A DNA stretch of 64,000 nucleotides, from contig NC_052161.1 in assembly GCF_902713615.1 (NCBI RefSeq), forward strand, positions 21,532,388-21,596,387, read 5' to 3'. Both the position numbers and the translations under genes were made by a program. Of this stretch, positions 25,641 to 37,340 are shown piece after piece. Source of the stretch: Scyliorhinus canicula. Its lineage: Eukaryota. The first letter of the stretch is position 1; every line of letters starts with the position of its first letter. Below the pieces are notes generated by a model that searched no databases, was not told where the DNA came from, and worked only from the letters and a program-made list of their open reading frames with translations.

Positions 25641-27499
25641 CTGCAAACACATACAGAAGTTACACTTTCAAACTCACTGGTCTGAAATCCAGCAGCTCAG
25701 TCTGGTCAACACACAAGACACATGGTAAAGATGTTATTCTGATACTTCAGTGATTATATTTATGCAGCTTGTGTCTTGCCAATCCACATCCAGTCATTAT
25801 TTCCTCAATCTCTACCACCGGTAAATGAGATTTATAGAGTTCAATCCCTGACACCTCAACAACAGCTTCAAACTCACATCTTTTATGGTGAATGCTGGCA
25901 TTATAAACCACCTTGGGCTATGAAATAAGGACCATGCATTTAGAATCATGCACAGGCCATTCTGATCTGTTGAAATGAAATGGTCTACCTCTGTATTTGA
26001 ATCATTATTGTCTTAGGGTGTCGATTAATCACTCGGTTAGTACGATTAGCTATTGTTTTCATCTCTTCCATTGGGAGCTCAATATTGGTGTGAATTTGAT
26101 TCCTCTGCCCACCAATTGAAGATGTGCAGGTTAGTGAGCGAGGGACAATATGCACATGTATACCTCACACTGATTGGCAATAGTCTGACATCTCCAGTTA
26201 TGGAGGAGTGTGTCAGACAGCACCTCTCATTTGTCGTCGTTTCTGCTGCCCAACTGGCAATATTTAATCATCGGCTGCACCCGATGCACTGAGTAAAATA
26301 ACACCAATCGGCGTCTTTCAATGAGCGGCTTCTAAAAAGTCTGAGGGCATCTTGCAAAGGATATAAGTTTTAGAAGCGTTTAATGATGACAGTAATTCTG
26401 TTTGTTTTTGAGGGATTGTCCTGTGTTTTGCTTGGTTTGTGTAGACTAACCAATGATCTAGGACAGGGTGGACCCTGCAGCATCACTAACCAGGTCTCCT
26501 CCAGTTACACTGACTCCATGTGTTATCCTCCCTTCGTGTTGGAACGCCAGAGCAGAATAACTTAATCCAATAACCCTCATTTCAAACACCTCGAAATAAT
26601 CCGTTTCCCTCCCACTGTCTGTCTTTGTTGTGTTCACCTTGCCGTTACAATACCGAGTTTATTTGCTAATCATTCCCCATTTAAAACTTGAGCAGGGTTA
26701 GCCCACTATTTCTAGTATTGCGAACCCATTGCATTGCAAACCTTTCAATAGATCGAGCAAAAGAATGCTGCGGAAGAGATGAAGATTAAACAAGAGGAAT
26801 GAAATGCCCCAGAAGGGACAGGCTTCCCAATGGGTTCCACCCATCAGTTCGATAAAGCAGCGGTGAAAACGCCGTTTATTGGGAGTTGCTTCATATCTAC
26901 CGTAACTTTATGAGGTTTAATGGAAGAGAATGGAACCCATAGAATTCTTTACTGTTATTCTATTAGTTTACTATTTAATTTTCTATTCTTCACTGTTTGT
27001 CGAATCAGGTTATTTCAGCAATGAAACTCCAGCAAAACGACACTTTCAGTCATTGGGAACAAGTCTTTCTAATCTGAATTGAATGATTGGCGTGTGGGGA
27101 AAGGAGAAGATGATTCAATTTGCTGAGAGCCTTTCACTATTGAGTGCGATCGAGGTTAATTTGTGACCCAACTCCAGAATTTCCACATTTACTTCATACC
27201 ACTTGGGAATGTATCAATTTCACGTTTCAACTTAACAACTGACCGAATCTCAGTTCTGCTAAAACTTCCAAACTTTACAACCCTAAGGTATGTCAAACTG
27301 CTTCGTAACTTGAACGTGGAAAGATTGGCAATGTTCCCCTGGTCCTAGGTTCGCAATCAGTTCCCCGTTGAAATCTTTGATGAGACCGCCCTTAGTCACC
27401 CAGATTTCCGGGACTCCAGCCCTAGTTATTGTATTGCCACCTTGTCATTTCATTACTGGTATCATTCGGCCAAATCTTCACTGTATTTCACCCAAGGCT

Positions 27500-28120
27500 G
27501 ATATAGTTTCCTGAAGGTGCAGTGCTCAGAGCTGAACATAATATTTCAGTTGTGACCTAACCAAATCCTTGTAGATTTTAGCCCAACTCCTAGCCCGTTG
27601 GACTCAAGCCCTTGAGATGTAAAGGCCAGCAATCCTTCCGATTCTTTTTCTTATTTATCCCTGACCTTTTTAGTGACAGATGTGTGTGGCTTACATTGCT
27701 TTAAACCACCACTTTCTGGTCCGTCAACCAAAAGTGGAAAACCTCACACTTTCAATCTGAACTGTATTACAATGCCCTCTATCTTTGTATCATTGACAAA
27801 CCTGCACCTGTGACTCTTCATCCTGACATTCAAATCATTAATGGATACAGTGAATAATTAAGGTCATAACACAGATCCTTGCGAGGCACCACCAGTCACA
27901 TCCTGCCAATTGGAATACCTGCCCATTATCCCTATTATCACCTAACTGCTCAGTCACTTCCCATCAATTCTATGAGCTTATTTCTAAACTAAACTTTCTT
28001 ATGAGGGACCTTTAATAAATGTCTTCAGGAGGTTCTATAGACGCTCTCCTGTGCCCTACTTTAGTCACCTCTTCAAAAAAAATAATTCAATCGTATTCAC
28101 CAAGCACGACCTCGCCTTTA
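27500..28120 (-). mobile_element. Old CR1 RT fragment
   Basis: Degraded similarity to the CR1 RT region (HGFxKG motif, outer part resuming at 28355-28400). Confidence 0.6.
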
Positions 28121-28122
28121 CA

Positions 28123-28345
28123 AAGATAAAAGCAAACTACTGCGGATGCTGGAATCTGAAACTAAAACAGAAAATGCTGGAAAATCTCAGCAGGTCTGAC
28201 AGCAGTTGTGGAGAGAGAGAAGGGAGCTAACGTTTCGATTCTGGATGACTCTTCGTCACAGCTTTGATAACGGGTCATCCAGACTGGAAACATTAGCTCC
28301 CTTCTCAATCCACAGAGGCTGTCAGGCCTGCTGACATTGTCCAGG
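28123..28345. mobile_element. Penelope-like terminal foldback with two degenerate hammerhead motifs
   Basis: Inverted arms around about 28262. Minus strand UGACGA-AGAGUCAUCCAGAAUC-GAAAC-GUU, plus strand UGAUAA-CGGGUCAUCCAGACUG-GAAAC-AUU. Confidence 0.65.
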
Positions 28346-29735
28346 ATTGTGTGTATCTGGCTCCCCTTTATAAAACCGTGCTTGGTCTCCACGATCAACT
28401 GGCCATTTTCTCGGTATCAGTCACTCTGTAAATATAAACCTCCCAGTGTCTATAACAGGCGGCCAATCACGACCCCGGCTGTCTCTAATCAGAAATAAGA
28501 TCAAGCCCCTACAGGTCCCAGAATCCGAAACAAAATGCAGGCTTTACAATGTCTATAATCTGCAAACACATTTACACAAATTAGGAGGATGTTCAGCTCT
28601 TGGGAGGGAATTCACCAGAATAGACAGTGTTGGGGGACTTTAGAAAGTTGGAGAGTTTGACAGAGACTGGGATTGTTCAGCTTGGTGGGTCAAAGAGAAA
28701 CCCAATAACAGCTTTCAAAGTTCAACGGGATTTTTTTTGTTGTAGGAAGTAGGGGGAAACTGTTTCCTCTCACTAGTAACCAAAGGTCAGAGATTTTAAA
28801 TAATTGGTAACAAAACATATAGCAAGAAAGTGAAGGTTTTTTTTCTCTCTCTCTCTCCTCGCCACCAGTCCCCGAGGATGGTTAAATTCTGGCACTCACC
28901 AGCAGGAAGGATGGCCGAATCAGACCCTATAGGAACCTTTAAAAAGGCAATTAGACGTGGCCTTGGAAGATAACTAATTTGGATGGGTTTGGGGTGGGGA
29001 TTAATTGAACAGCTCTTTCAAAGATTCGAGAAATGACAGTGTCTACAATCCGAAATCAGTGTTGAACCCAGGTAAAAGTTTGTGATGATGGTCATTATCA
29101 CAAAGAAATCGGGTCTCGACTGTCTCCGGGTCCTTTAAGGAGCACACAGTCCCTGTCAATGACATGGTCACCGTGTACAGATCGTTCTGAATGGTGGGGC
29201 GCCAATTGAACAGATAATCCAGTGGACCCTATCAATACAAAGTCTCGCTTCATTCCCATCCCTGGATGTACTGAAGCAGTTAGTAAACTGGCACAGACCC
29301 ATACGATTGTTTTGTTTGCCGAAGGGAGGGGTGGCTTTAAAAGTTAGAGTTGTGTTCGAAGCAGAGAGTGGTACTGACCCCAACTGGAGGCGGGCTGTGT
29401 TACTGCACAGACTGGCGCTGATCTCCAGACACAACCCAGACTGTTTGTTTCAGAACATCAACCCGAAACATTTTATACCCAGAACAATACCGGTCATTTA
29501 AATATTATGATAGGCTACAGACCGCCTGCCTATGCCATGGCTAAACAATTAAAAAGGGCTTTTTGAAACAACAACAACAAAATCCAGATATTTTCCACTG
29601 CTCCCATGAAAACAGTGGCTTCCCTTTTAGAAAACAGTGGAAAATGTGGAATGAACCTGGACTTGATTTGATGGCCAAATAGCTCAGGGTCCTCCCGCAC
29701 CCTCCCGCAGCCCCACCTGGACTTATTTCACTCAC

Positions 29736-29862
29736 CCACCACCGTCAGCAGCATGTTGTCCAGCAGTAGTGCGATAAACACTATAAACAGGATCAGCTTT
29801 CGAGACTGTCGACCGTCCCTTAGCCAGCGCAAAAAACTAAACTCTCTGAGCCTCTCCATCAT
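29736..29862 (-). CDS. SLC18A2: Vesicular monoamine transporter 2, coding exon 1 ([42 protein letters not shown])
   Basis: Manual translation matches the VMAT2 N-terminus/TM1 ([23 protein letters not shown]). ATG at 29862 (or 29859), donor G|GTGAGT at 29735, upstream acceptor ttccccctcccag at 29888. Confidence 0.95.
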
Positions 29863-30080
29863 CAACTGGTGCCGGCCACACCGACTCCTGGGAGGGGGAA
29901 GCATACATCAGATTAACAACATCATACTCGACAGTCAAGATGAAGAAAGGCAACGCAAAGCCAAACTGCCCTCCACAAATGTTGCTAAGTTTTGGCTGAT
30001 TGTGAATGTAATGTAACAATATACAGAATGCCAGCAGAGGGTTAGCCTTCAGAACCTGCTCTGCTCCAACCATCACTCAC

Positions 30081-30200
30081 CTCGATTCAGCAAAATGCAC
30101 GGGCTGGAGAATCGCTTCTATCCCCGATAGCTCCAACTGGGAAAGAGAGCCATGCAGATAGTGGGCAGGTCGAGGGGATTGCTCCTGTCCAGTGACGCTG
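30081..30200 (-). other. SLC18A2: Probable non-coding first exon of SLC18A2 (5' boundary approximate)
   Basis: Strong donor GAG|GTGAGT at 30081/30080 pairs with the acceptor at 29888 (193-nt intron). Mammalian SLC18A2 also has a non-coding exon 1. Confidence 0.6.
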
Positions 30201-30445
30201 TGATTCCTCACATTTCAGCGCCTTCCTGCCGATATTGACGTGCGAGGGAATCGCTTGATAAGGCGCCGTTGACAAACAGCGGGCCAATCCGCTTCAGCTC
30301 GCACTTCATTCCAATATTTTCCACTTAGGAAATCAAAGTTCACCTTCAATTTTAATAAAGCTGTTACCTCCTCTCCCCCCTCCCCCTCTCCAAATAGAGC
30401 CAAACTGTTGATGCTGCTGAAAAACAAATGGATAAGGCGCTTTGA
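30190..30445 (-). promoter_or_regulatory. Putative SLC18A2 proximal promoter
   Basis: CpG-containing unique sequence with CRE-like TGACGTGC (30236-30243), CRE half-site TGACG (30193), CCAAT (30284-30288) and duplicated GATAAGGCGC (30257, 30431). Confidence 0.5.
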
Positions 30446-31983
30446 GCGATTTATATATTCCATTGAGACTGTTTGCACACTAACATCCTGTAATTGCTGA
30501 CACGAAGCGACCCGTAGTAATTATTAACAAGCAAACTTAACGATTGTTGAACAAAATTGCATTTTTGCCACTTTATGGCATTGTCTCCCCTCCTCCCCGC
30601 CCCACCTCTATTCCCACTTCGCAGATACCATCGCGTTTGGTTTCAGACCCGAAAGCAAATTTTCTATCGAATTCTTTCGCACGCTGATCATTGCTAAAAC
30701 GGCAGGAAAGTAGAGCGCGGCGCACCGACTCCCCACAACCCACCTGCAAGGACTGGGTTAGATCTCGTCGCGAGTAATGACATGGAATTCTTTATGGGCA
30801 AACACATATATTGATTTGACCAAATAGAACTCAATCGCCACCTTGTATTAGGACATTTTAAAGACTAAACGTTCATCAACAAAACGTTTTGTCCAACGTT
30901 TAGCTGAGTAAATGGATAACACATTTCCTGTGTCTAAATATTTCATCATGGTGAATAATTTTATATTAACTTTTATAATAATTGCTGGTTCCTTAGTGAG
31001 CTTTCAGCCTAATAGTTTGTTCATCAATTACATTGCTATATAATGGCATAGATGGATGGGCCGGACTTTACACTTAAGGACATTTGCTACATTTGTACTT
31101 ATTGATTTTCTATGGGCGTTTGCACCGTAAATTGTTGCTCGCTAACTATTGAAAAAGTGGTGCCTTATACAGAGGAGCTGGGATCCTTGTGACAGGCCAC
31201 ACAATTGTGTATTTCCTTAACCAACCAGATTGAAGACTAGTTATTGGGCAGGACAGAATCTGAAACAGAAGTGTCAGGTGGGATATTTAATTCAATGTAC
31301 AGTACAGAAAGTTAAAGAGAGGGGAAGAAAGAATGATTGCATTGAGATGCACAGACATTAAAGAGATACAACTTGAAAGTAATTTGAAAAAATCTCTAAC
31401 AATTATTAGAACAGAAGGAAATGTGACTCCACATTTATAAACTTCGATTTCAGTGCCATTGGTCATGAGTAATTTAGACTTACCACACTGCTGAAAGGGC
31501 ACTTATGCTCTTTCTGGTGGGAGTAGTTTATATCTATGATGCCAGTGTATTTCATGCCATTCAATGTATTTGAATGGGGAGTTTGTTGGTGAGGTACCAT
31601 CAAATGTTGGTTTCAGCTAGGACATCCCGATCCTGATGGGGCGCCCAATCCAAGCTCTTTAATTTAATGTAATGTTGTTTAATTCTGGATCTCAACCCAG
31701 TTATGAACATTTTTGGAAGTCGGGCTGGACTTTTAGTCCTTGAACTTTTCAATTCTTCAACAGTAATTTTATCAGGCCCTGCCCAGTGTCCTTTTCAAAT
31801 TGATCAATCATTATGTCAATTCTTCTTCATCAATTGGATTAAATAGTTAGAAATGCCCTTTTCGTGCATTTAGCAAATTTGCCTACATTGACCTTATTAT
31901 TAATTATTGATAATCTCTGTGTAAAATAGTCTAATTCTCCTATTTTTAAGTGGCATTTAATTTGACTGGATTGCTTATTAATC

Positions 31984-32372
31984 GTCTATGCACCAATCCT
32001 CTGAAAGAGCACCTACCGAGGTGGATTGGACGTAACAGTGGCACATTGGTTAGCACTGCTGACTCACAGCACCAGGGACCCAGGTTTGAATCCGGCCTCG
32101 GGTGACTGTCTGTGTGGAATCTGCACGTTCTCCCCATGTCTGTGTGGGTTACGCCTGGGTGCTCCGGTTTACCCCCACTGTCCAAAGATGCGTAGGTTTG
32201 GTGGATTGGTCATGCTAAATTGTCCCTTGGTGTCCAAAAACGTGCAAATTAGGTGGGGTTACAGGCTCACGGGGATAGGTTGGGGGAGTGGGCCGAGGTA
32301 AGATGCTCTTTCAGATGGTTGGTACATACTCAATGAGCTGAATAGCCTCCTTCTACACTGTAGGAATTCTAT
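31984..32372 (+). mobile_element. V-SINE inserted in the R2 relic, preceded by an inverted piece of its own 3' part
   Basis: Body 32028-32372. 31984-32020 is the reverse complement of the GTGCTCTTTCAGAxGGTTGGT region. Confidence 0.8.
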
Positions 32373-33235
32373 TGAGTCTAGCCAAGCCTTTCTGATTTGT
32401 TTACCAAAAATTTGAAATTCTTTACATTTCTGCTTCTTTGTGACTAATCTTTTCCTAGCTTCGGTATTTTTAAAGGGTAGATTCCAATTAGTATGGTGCG
32501 TTATATTTGATGGCTTATTGTTTACTTTATCTACTTTTAAACCTGAAAAAACAACCACATCAAATATATGTTCTATCAAACATCTCATTTGTTCTTTCTT
32601 AATACCCTTTTTATCACTATCAATTAACTTGTCGGTTATATTCATTAATGTTACAGTGTCAACTTTGTCATAGTCATGATTCTTGTCTCCGTATCACTCA
32701 TTTCTGAGTTACCCCTATTTAAATTCAATTCACTTTCTGTTCTTCGAGGAACCATTATATCCACTCCATCTCCAGCTGAAGAAGTGGTAACCTCAGATAG
32801 ATTAACGTTGACTATTGAATCCTCAGAAGAATTACAATTATTCCTAAACTTAGTCGTTTGAGCTGTGCGCTGTTTACCAGAAATCTGTTTGTTAATTTTA
32901 GTAACTAATATTTTGACTATAGTTGCATTAATATTCTTACATCCAGCCTATTTTTTTTTCTTGTTGAAGGAGCTGCAAAACCTCTTCCTCAGACCAAATT
33001 GAATATTTTCTTGTGACTGTCTGATCAAGACCAGCCATTCCTTTCAGATTTTGTGATCCAGGGCACATGCGGACTTCATGTTGACTGAGGCCTCATTGAG
33101 TCTTAAAACTCTTCTCAAACCTGGAACAATTAAAGACCATGACTGTCTCCTTAGCAGCCTTTTCACTCTTGCTACACCAAAGCAAAATCTTGAAAATTTT
33201 TTGTCTGTTCTTCTAATGTCTCCTAATATTAGTAA

Positions 33236-34707
33236 CATAATCCTGGGAGGAGACACCAGAGGTGATCATTATCTCCCTTCACGCAGAGAAGGCCTTTAAC
33301 AGAGTCGAATGGAAGTACCTCATGGAGGTATAAGGACGTTTTCGGTTTGAGCCAAGTTTGACCTCATGAGTGAAATTACTGTACTGTGCTCCCATGGCGA
33401 GCATACGGATGAACGCCACCAGTTCTGGGTACTCTCGGCTGCATCGCAGCACAAAGCATGGATGCCCCTTGGACCCGATGCTATTTGCCCTGGTACTCGA
33501 ACTCCTGGCCATTGCCTTAAATGATCAGCGAGTAGGTGGAGGCATCCAGAGAGGAGACAGAGAGCACAGAGTCTCACTCTATGCAGTTGGCCTGTTCCTC
33601 TACGTCTCAAACCACATAGCCAGCATGGGAGGAACAATGGATCTCTTAAGGAAGTTGAGAGCCTTCTTGGGCTAATCAATCTGAGCAAGTGCAAAATATT
33701 CCCCGTAAACGCCTGGGGCAGAAGGTGTGGGGGGGGGGGGGGGGGGGGGGGGGGGGACCAGAGCTGTGGGGAATCCCAATCAAGCTGGACAGGACAAACC
33801 TCCCTTCCTCATGCACAGGGCTGAGCCTAACGCAGTTAAAGGTACTGCACAGGGTGCACTTGACCAGAACATTCCTGACGAGTTCTTCCCAGAGGTGGAG
33901 GACAAATGTCAACAGTGCCATGGAGGCCCGGCCAACCACACCCGCATGTTCTGCTCATGCCCCTGACTTCTCAAGTACTGGGCTGCCTTTTTTGAGGTAA
34001 TGTCCAAGGTTGTGGAGGTGAGGGTGGAGTCATGCCCAAAAGTGCCGGTCTTCAGGGTATCAGAACAGCCAGAACTCTTTACAGAGAGCGGGGCAGACAC
34101 CCTTGACATTTCCTCCCTGATTGCGTGCCGGAGATTCATACTAGGCTGGAGATCAGAAGCGCCACCTAGGGGCTCCGGCTGACTGTCCGACTGAGCAGAA
34201 TTCTTCAAATTCACCATCAGAAGATCCGGGGAGTGCTTCCACAATACATGGCAGCAATTTACCAAGATGTTTGAGGACCTGTTCGTAACCAGCAACCAAT
34301 AAGGGAAAGGAGGAGAATACATAATCCAGAACACAGGGAAAACAGGGCAGAGGGACCAAAAGGGCACTGAAGGGGGAGGAGGAAAGCCCAGGAAAGATGC
34401 CCAAAACACCACCGAGAAGGACACATCTGGGTGACCGCAAGCAAGCCCCTGCTGTGTCTTAACACCAGGGAGCCACACAGAAATAGAGGAACAGGGCGGT
34501 CGGGTACCTGATCAACGGGGGCCTAAAGCAAACAGGCCCCAAACCTGTACATATATTCTCCAGTTAATTTGTAGCAGATTACATTAATTCCCAGTTGATG
34601 TTATATTTTATACTGTACATTTCCACTGTTTCCTGTATGTTTAATCACTGATGTAACAACGCTGTTACAATTCGAAAGTAAAAAAACAATCAAAACATTC
34701 CAAAAGA
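33236..34707 (+). mobile_element. 5'-truncated, internally deleted L1-clade LINE inserted in the R2 zinc finger
   Basis: AEKAFNRVEW, HGCPLDPMLFAL, VSLYA, C-terminal CQQC..HxxxxC, A-rich tail, TSD AGTAA (33231-33235 and 34708-34712). Confidence 0.85.
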
Positions 34708-34817
34708 AGTAAGTTAATTTGAAATGTAATTGTAAATTGGACATTTAAATTGATTGCAGGGATAGTAAATCTTAATGGTATTGTTAAAATCACCAGTATG
34801 TATTAAGGCTTGTGTTG

Positions 34818-35084
34818 CAGATGAAGAGACATTTATTCATCCACAGAGTGGTTGGCCTATGGAATTCACTGCCACAGAAAATAGTTAAAAGCCAAAACAT
34901 TGCATGCTTTCAAGAACGAGTTAGATATAGCTCTCGGGGCAAAAGGCATCAAAGGATATGGGGGGGAAGTTGGGATCTGGCTATTGAGTTAGATGATCAG
35001 CCATGGCCGTAATGAATAGTGGAGCATGAGCTAAGGGCCGAATGTCCTCCTCCTGCTCTTATTTTCTATGTTTGCTATTTTCTA
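34818..35084 (+). mobile_element. CR1 3' fragment inserted in the R2 relic
   Basis: RVVGLWNSLP motif, TTTCTATG tail, candidate TSD TGTTG (34813-34817 and 35085-35089). Confidence 0.8.
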
Positions 35085-35742
35085 TGTTGATCATGAATGT
35101 TCTTAACATTAACTTTGATGGTTTCGTGATTAACAAGTTTGTCGACAGGAATGCTACCCACGTTGTTGAAATTAAAATGGTAAGGTGATTAAGAATTTAT
35201 ATTATGAAAGATCAAATTAACGTTAGTTGATAAAATCTGGATAAAAGCCAAGTCTTATGGGGAATCCTCAGATGTATCTCACTTTAGCTACCATGAGCAC
35301 CTCTGCGTTCACATCCACCCGAGGTAAACAAATAGTTATTATCTTCCATGGAGAAAATCCCATTTGTCAACAAAGCAGAATTAGTAAATAGTCTTATAAA
35401 ATCCTCCTTGTCAGTTTGTGTATTGGAGGCTATAACTGATGTTGCAATGGCAGGTACAACAAACACACCTTGACCTAAATAGCAGGAATATTGAACATAA
35501 TTAGTCACCGGATTATTCATCCATCAGTTATCATCCCAGCCGGAACAATCAGGACTATCCATATCTAAGTTGTATCAAAGCCTCATAATCATCCACCTGG
35601 AAAGAAATGTTTTTTATAAAGCAGCCCATCGGGGTGATTTTACCTATCCAACCGTATTTGCCATGGCACCATCCAAATAGCCAAACAGACATGGGAAGCC
35701 AAGAACAGTCCTAGATTAACCACAACCAGTTGACTATTTGTA

Positions 35743-35821
35743 GTTCGACACATCATTTTCCAGTGGCACCAAGTAGAGGTACGATCCACCATGGGTTAGA
35801 ACTCATAACATCCATAGCACC
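35743..35821 (-). ncRNA. Degenerate HDV-like ribozyme of the R2 5' end
   Basis: Minus strand GATCG-T-ACC-TCTACTT-GGT-GCCACTGG...TCGAAC: P3 ACC/GGT, 7-nt L3 and imperfect P2, at the expected position upstream of the R2 ORF. Confidence 0.55.
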
Positions 35822-35835
35822 TCATCTGTGGATGT

Positions 35836-37340
35836 TCACTCCTCTATGCCTCTCAGTATTCTCCTGTTTATTGTATGATCTTCTGCCTTGTTTGACCTCC
35901 CCAAGTGTATCACCTCACACTTGTCTGTCCACCTGACCAGCCGCAGTCTATTCTCCTCACTATCACCCATGCAGACGAATTTTGGGTTGTCTTTGAACTT
36001 CTTCATCGTTCCCTCCAACATTTATGTCCACATTATTAATATATAACCACGAAAAGCAAAGGATCTAGGACTGTCACCTAAAAACACCTGTCAACAATTT
36101 GTTTTCTGCCACTGAGCCGATTTTGTATTCACCTTACTACGTTCCCCTGGATCCCATGAGTGTTTATTTTTTTAACCAGTCTGCTATGTAGAACCTTGCC
36201 AAAAGCCTTGCTAGAATCTATGTCGATCACATCAACTGCACTACCCTCATGAATCCTCTTGATTACATCATCAAAACATTCAATAAAGTCAGTTTGACAT
36301 GACCTTCCCTGAAAAAATCCATGCTGAATATCCTTGATTAATCCATGCAATTCTAAGTGACAGTTTATTCTGTCTCTCAGAATTGATTACAATAAGTTCT
36401 CTCAAGTTCCCCTCCAAGACACCCATCATCCTGATTTGGAACTATATTGCCATTCCTTCACTGTTGTTGGGTCAAAATCCCGGAAATCCCTCCCTAATAG
36501 CACTGTGAGTGTACCTACACCATATGGACTGGTATTTTCAGAAGGCAGTTCACCACCGCCGTCTCAAGGGTAGTTAGGGATGGGCAACCAATGCTGGCCT
36601 AACCAGCACCGCACACGTCCCGTGAAAGACTTTTAAAAAATTCCCACTGATGAGTTTAGACTGGTTGGCTTGTAATTATTCAATCTATCCTTTGCTGCCT
36701 TTTTAAACAAAGGTACATCATTAGCAGACCTCCAATGCCCCAGGACCAAAGATTTATCCCATGAGGATTGGAATGTGATGGCCAGATCTTATGTTATTTC
36801 CTTCCTGGCTTCTTTTAACAGCCTGGGGTGCATTTCATCTGACCTTGGAGATTTACCCACTTACAAGGTTGCTAATCCCCTCAATACTTTCTCTCTCCCT
36901 ATGGTCACCACATCCAATATTGCACACTTGCCCTCCATTTTTAGGATCACCTTTATTTTGCTTGCCAATATTCTTTCAGGTCCTCTCTTTGCTTTCCTAA
37001 TTTCCTTTTTCATTAAATTCCTCCACTTTCTGTACTCTTAGCTTGCTGCAATATTGCTTGAACATATAAGACCCTGAGGGGCCTTGACAGGGTGGACATA
37101 ATCTTTCCTTTTTCTGTCTTCTCTTACCCTGTAAGCTCCTTGACATCCAAGGTGCTCTACATTTGTCCATCTCACCCTTTTTCTTTGTGGGAATAAGTTT
37201 ATTCTGAAACCCTTGAACATTCCCTTTGAATGCCTCCCATCATTCTGATATTGCTTTATCTTCAAGCAGTTCTTTCCAGTCCAGTTTTGTTAAATCACTT
37301 CTCGGCTTCGTAAAATTGGCCGTACCCCAATTTAGAACTA
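35836..37340 (-). mobile_element. Degraded CR1 RT fragments with a nested repeat at about 36405-36640
   Basis: ORF 36129..36350 contains QHGFFQGRSCQTDFIECF..SKAFGKV, and ORF 35836..36021 contains KCEVIHLGRSN. Confidence 0.8.

Larger units (their letters stand above)
31626..35821 (-). mobile_element. Fossil R2 (R2-A-type) non-LTR retrotransposon, 5' half, interrupted by SINE, L1 and CR1 insertions
   Basis: Manual minus-strand translation gives, in R2 order: FKCPIYNY..[L1]..TNIRRH*KNRQ, LLWCSKSEK, FNCSRFEKSFKTQ*GLSQHEVRMCP, Myb WSEEEVLQLLQQEKK..GCKNINATIVKILVTKINKQISGKQR, NPIDEEEL..GPDKITVEELK, LKSLDW/RPIRIG. An HDV-like core lies upstream. Confidence 0.85.

Noticed and set aside
30213-30235. 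REST/RE1 site in the promoter (TTCAGCGCC)
   Set aside because: Only the left half resembles RE1. The GGACAG right half is absent.
32259-32645. ORF of 128 aa as a novel host exon
   Set aside because: It is part of the frameshifted R2 relic and runs into a SINE tail.
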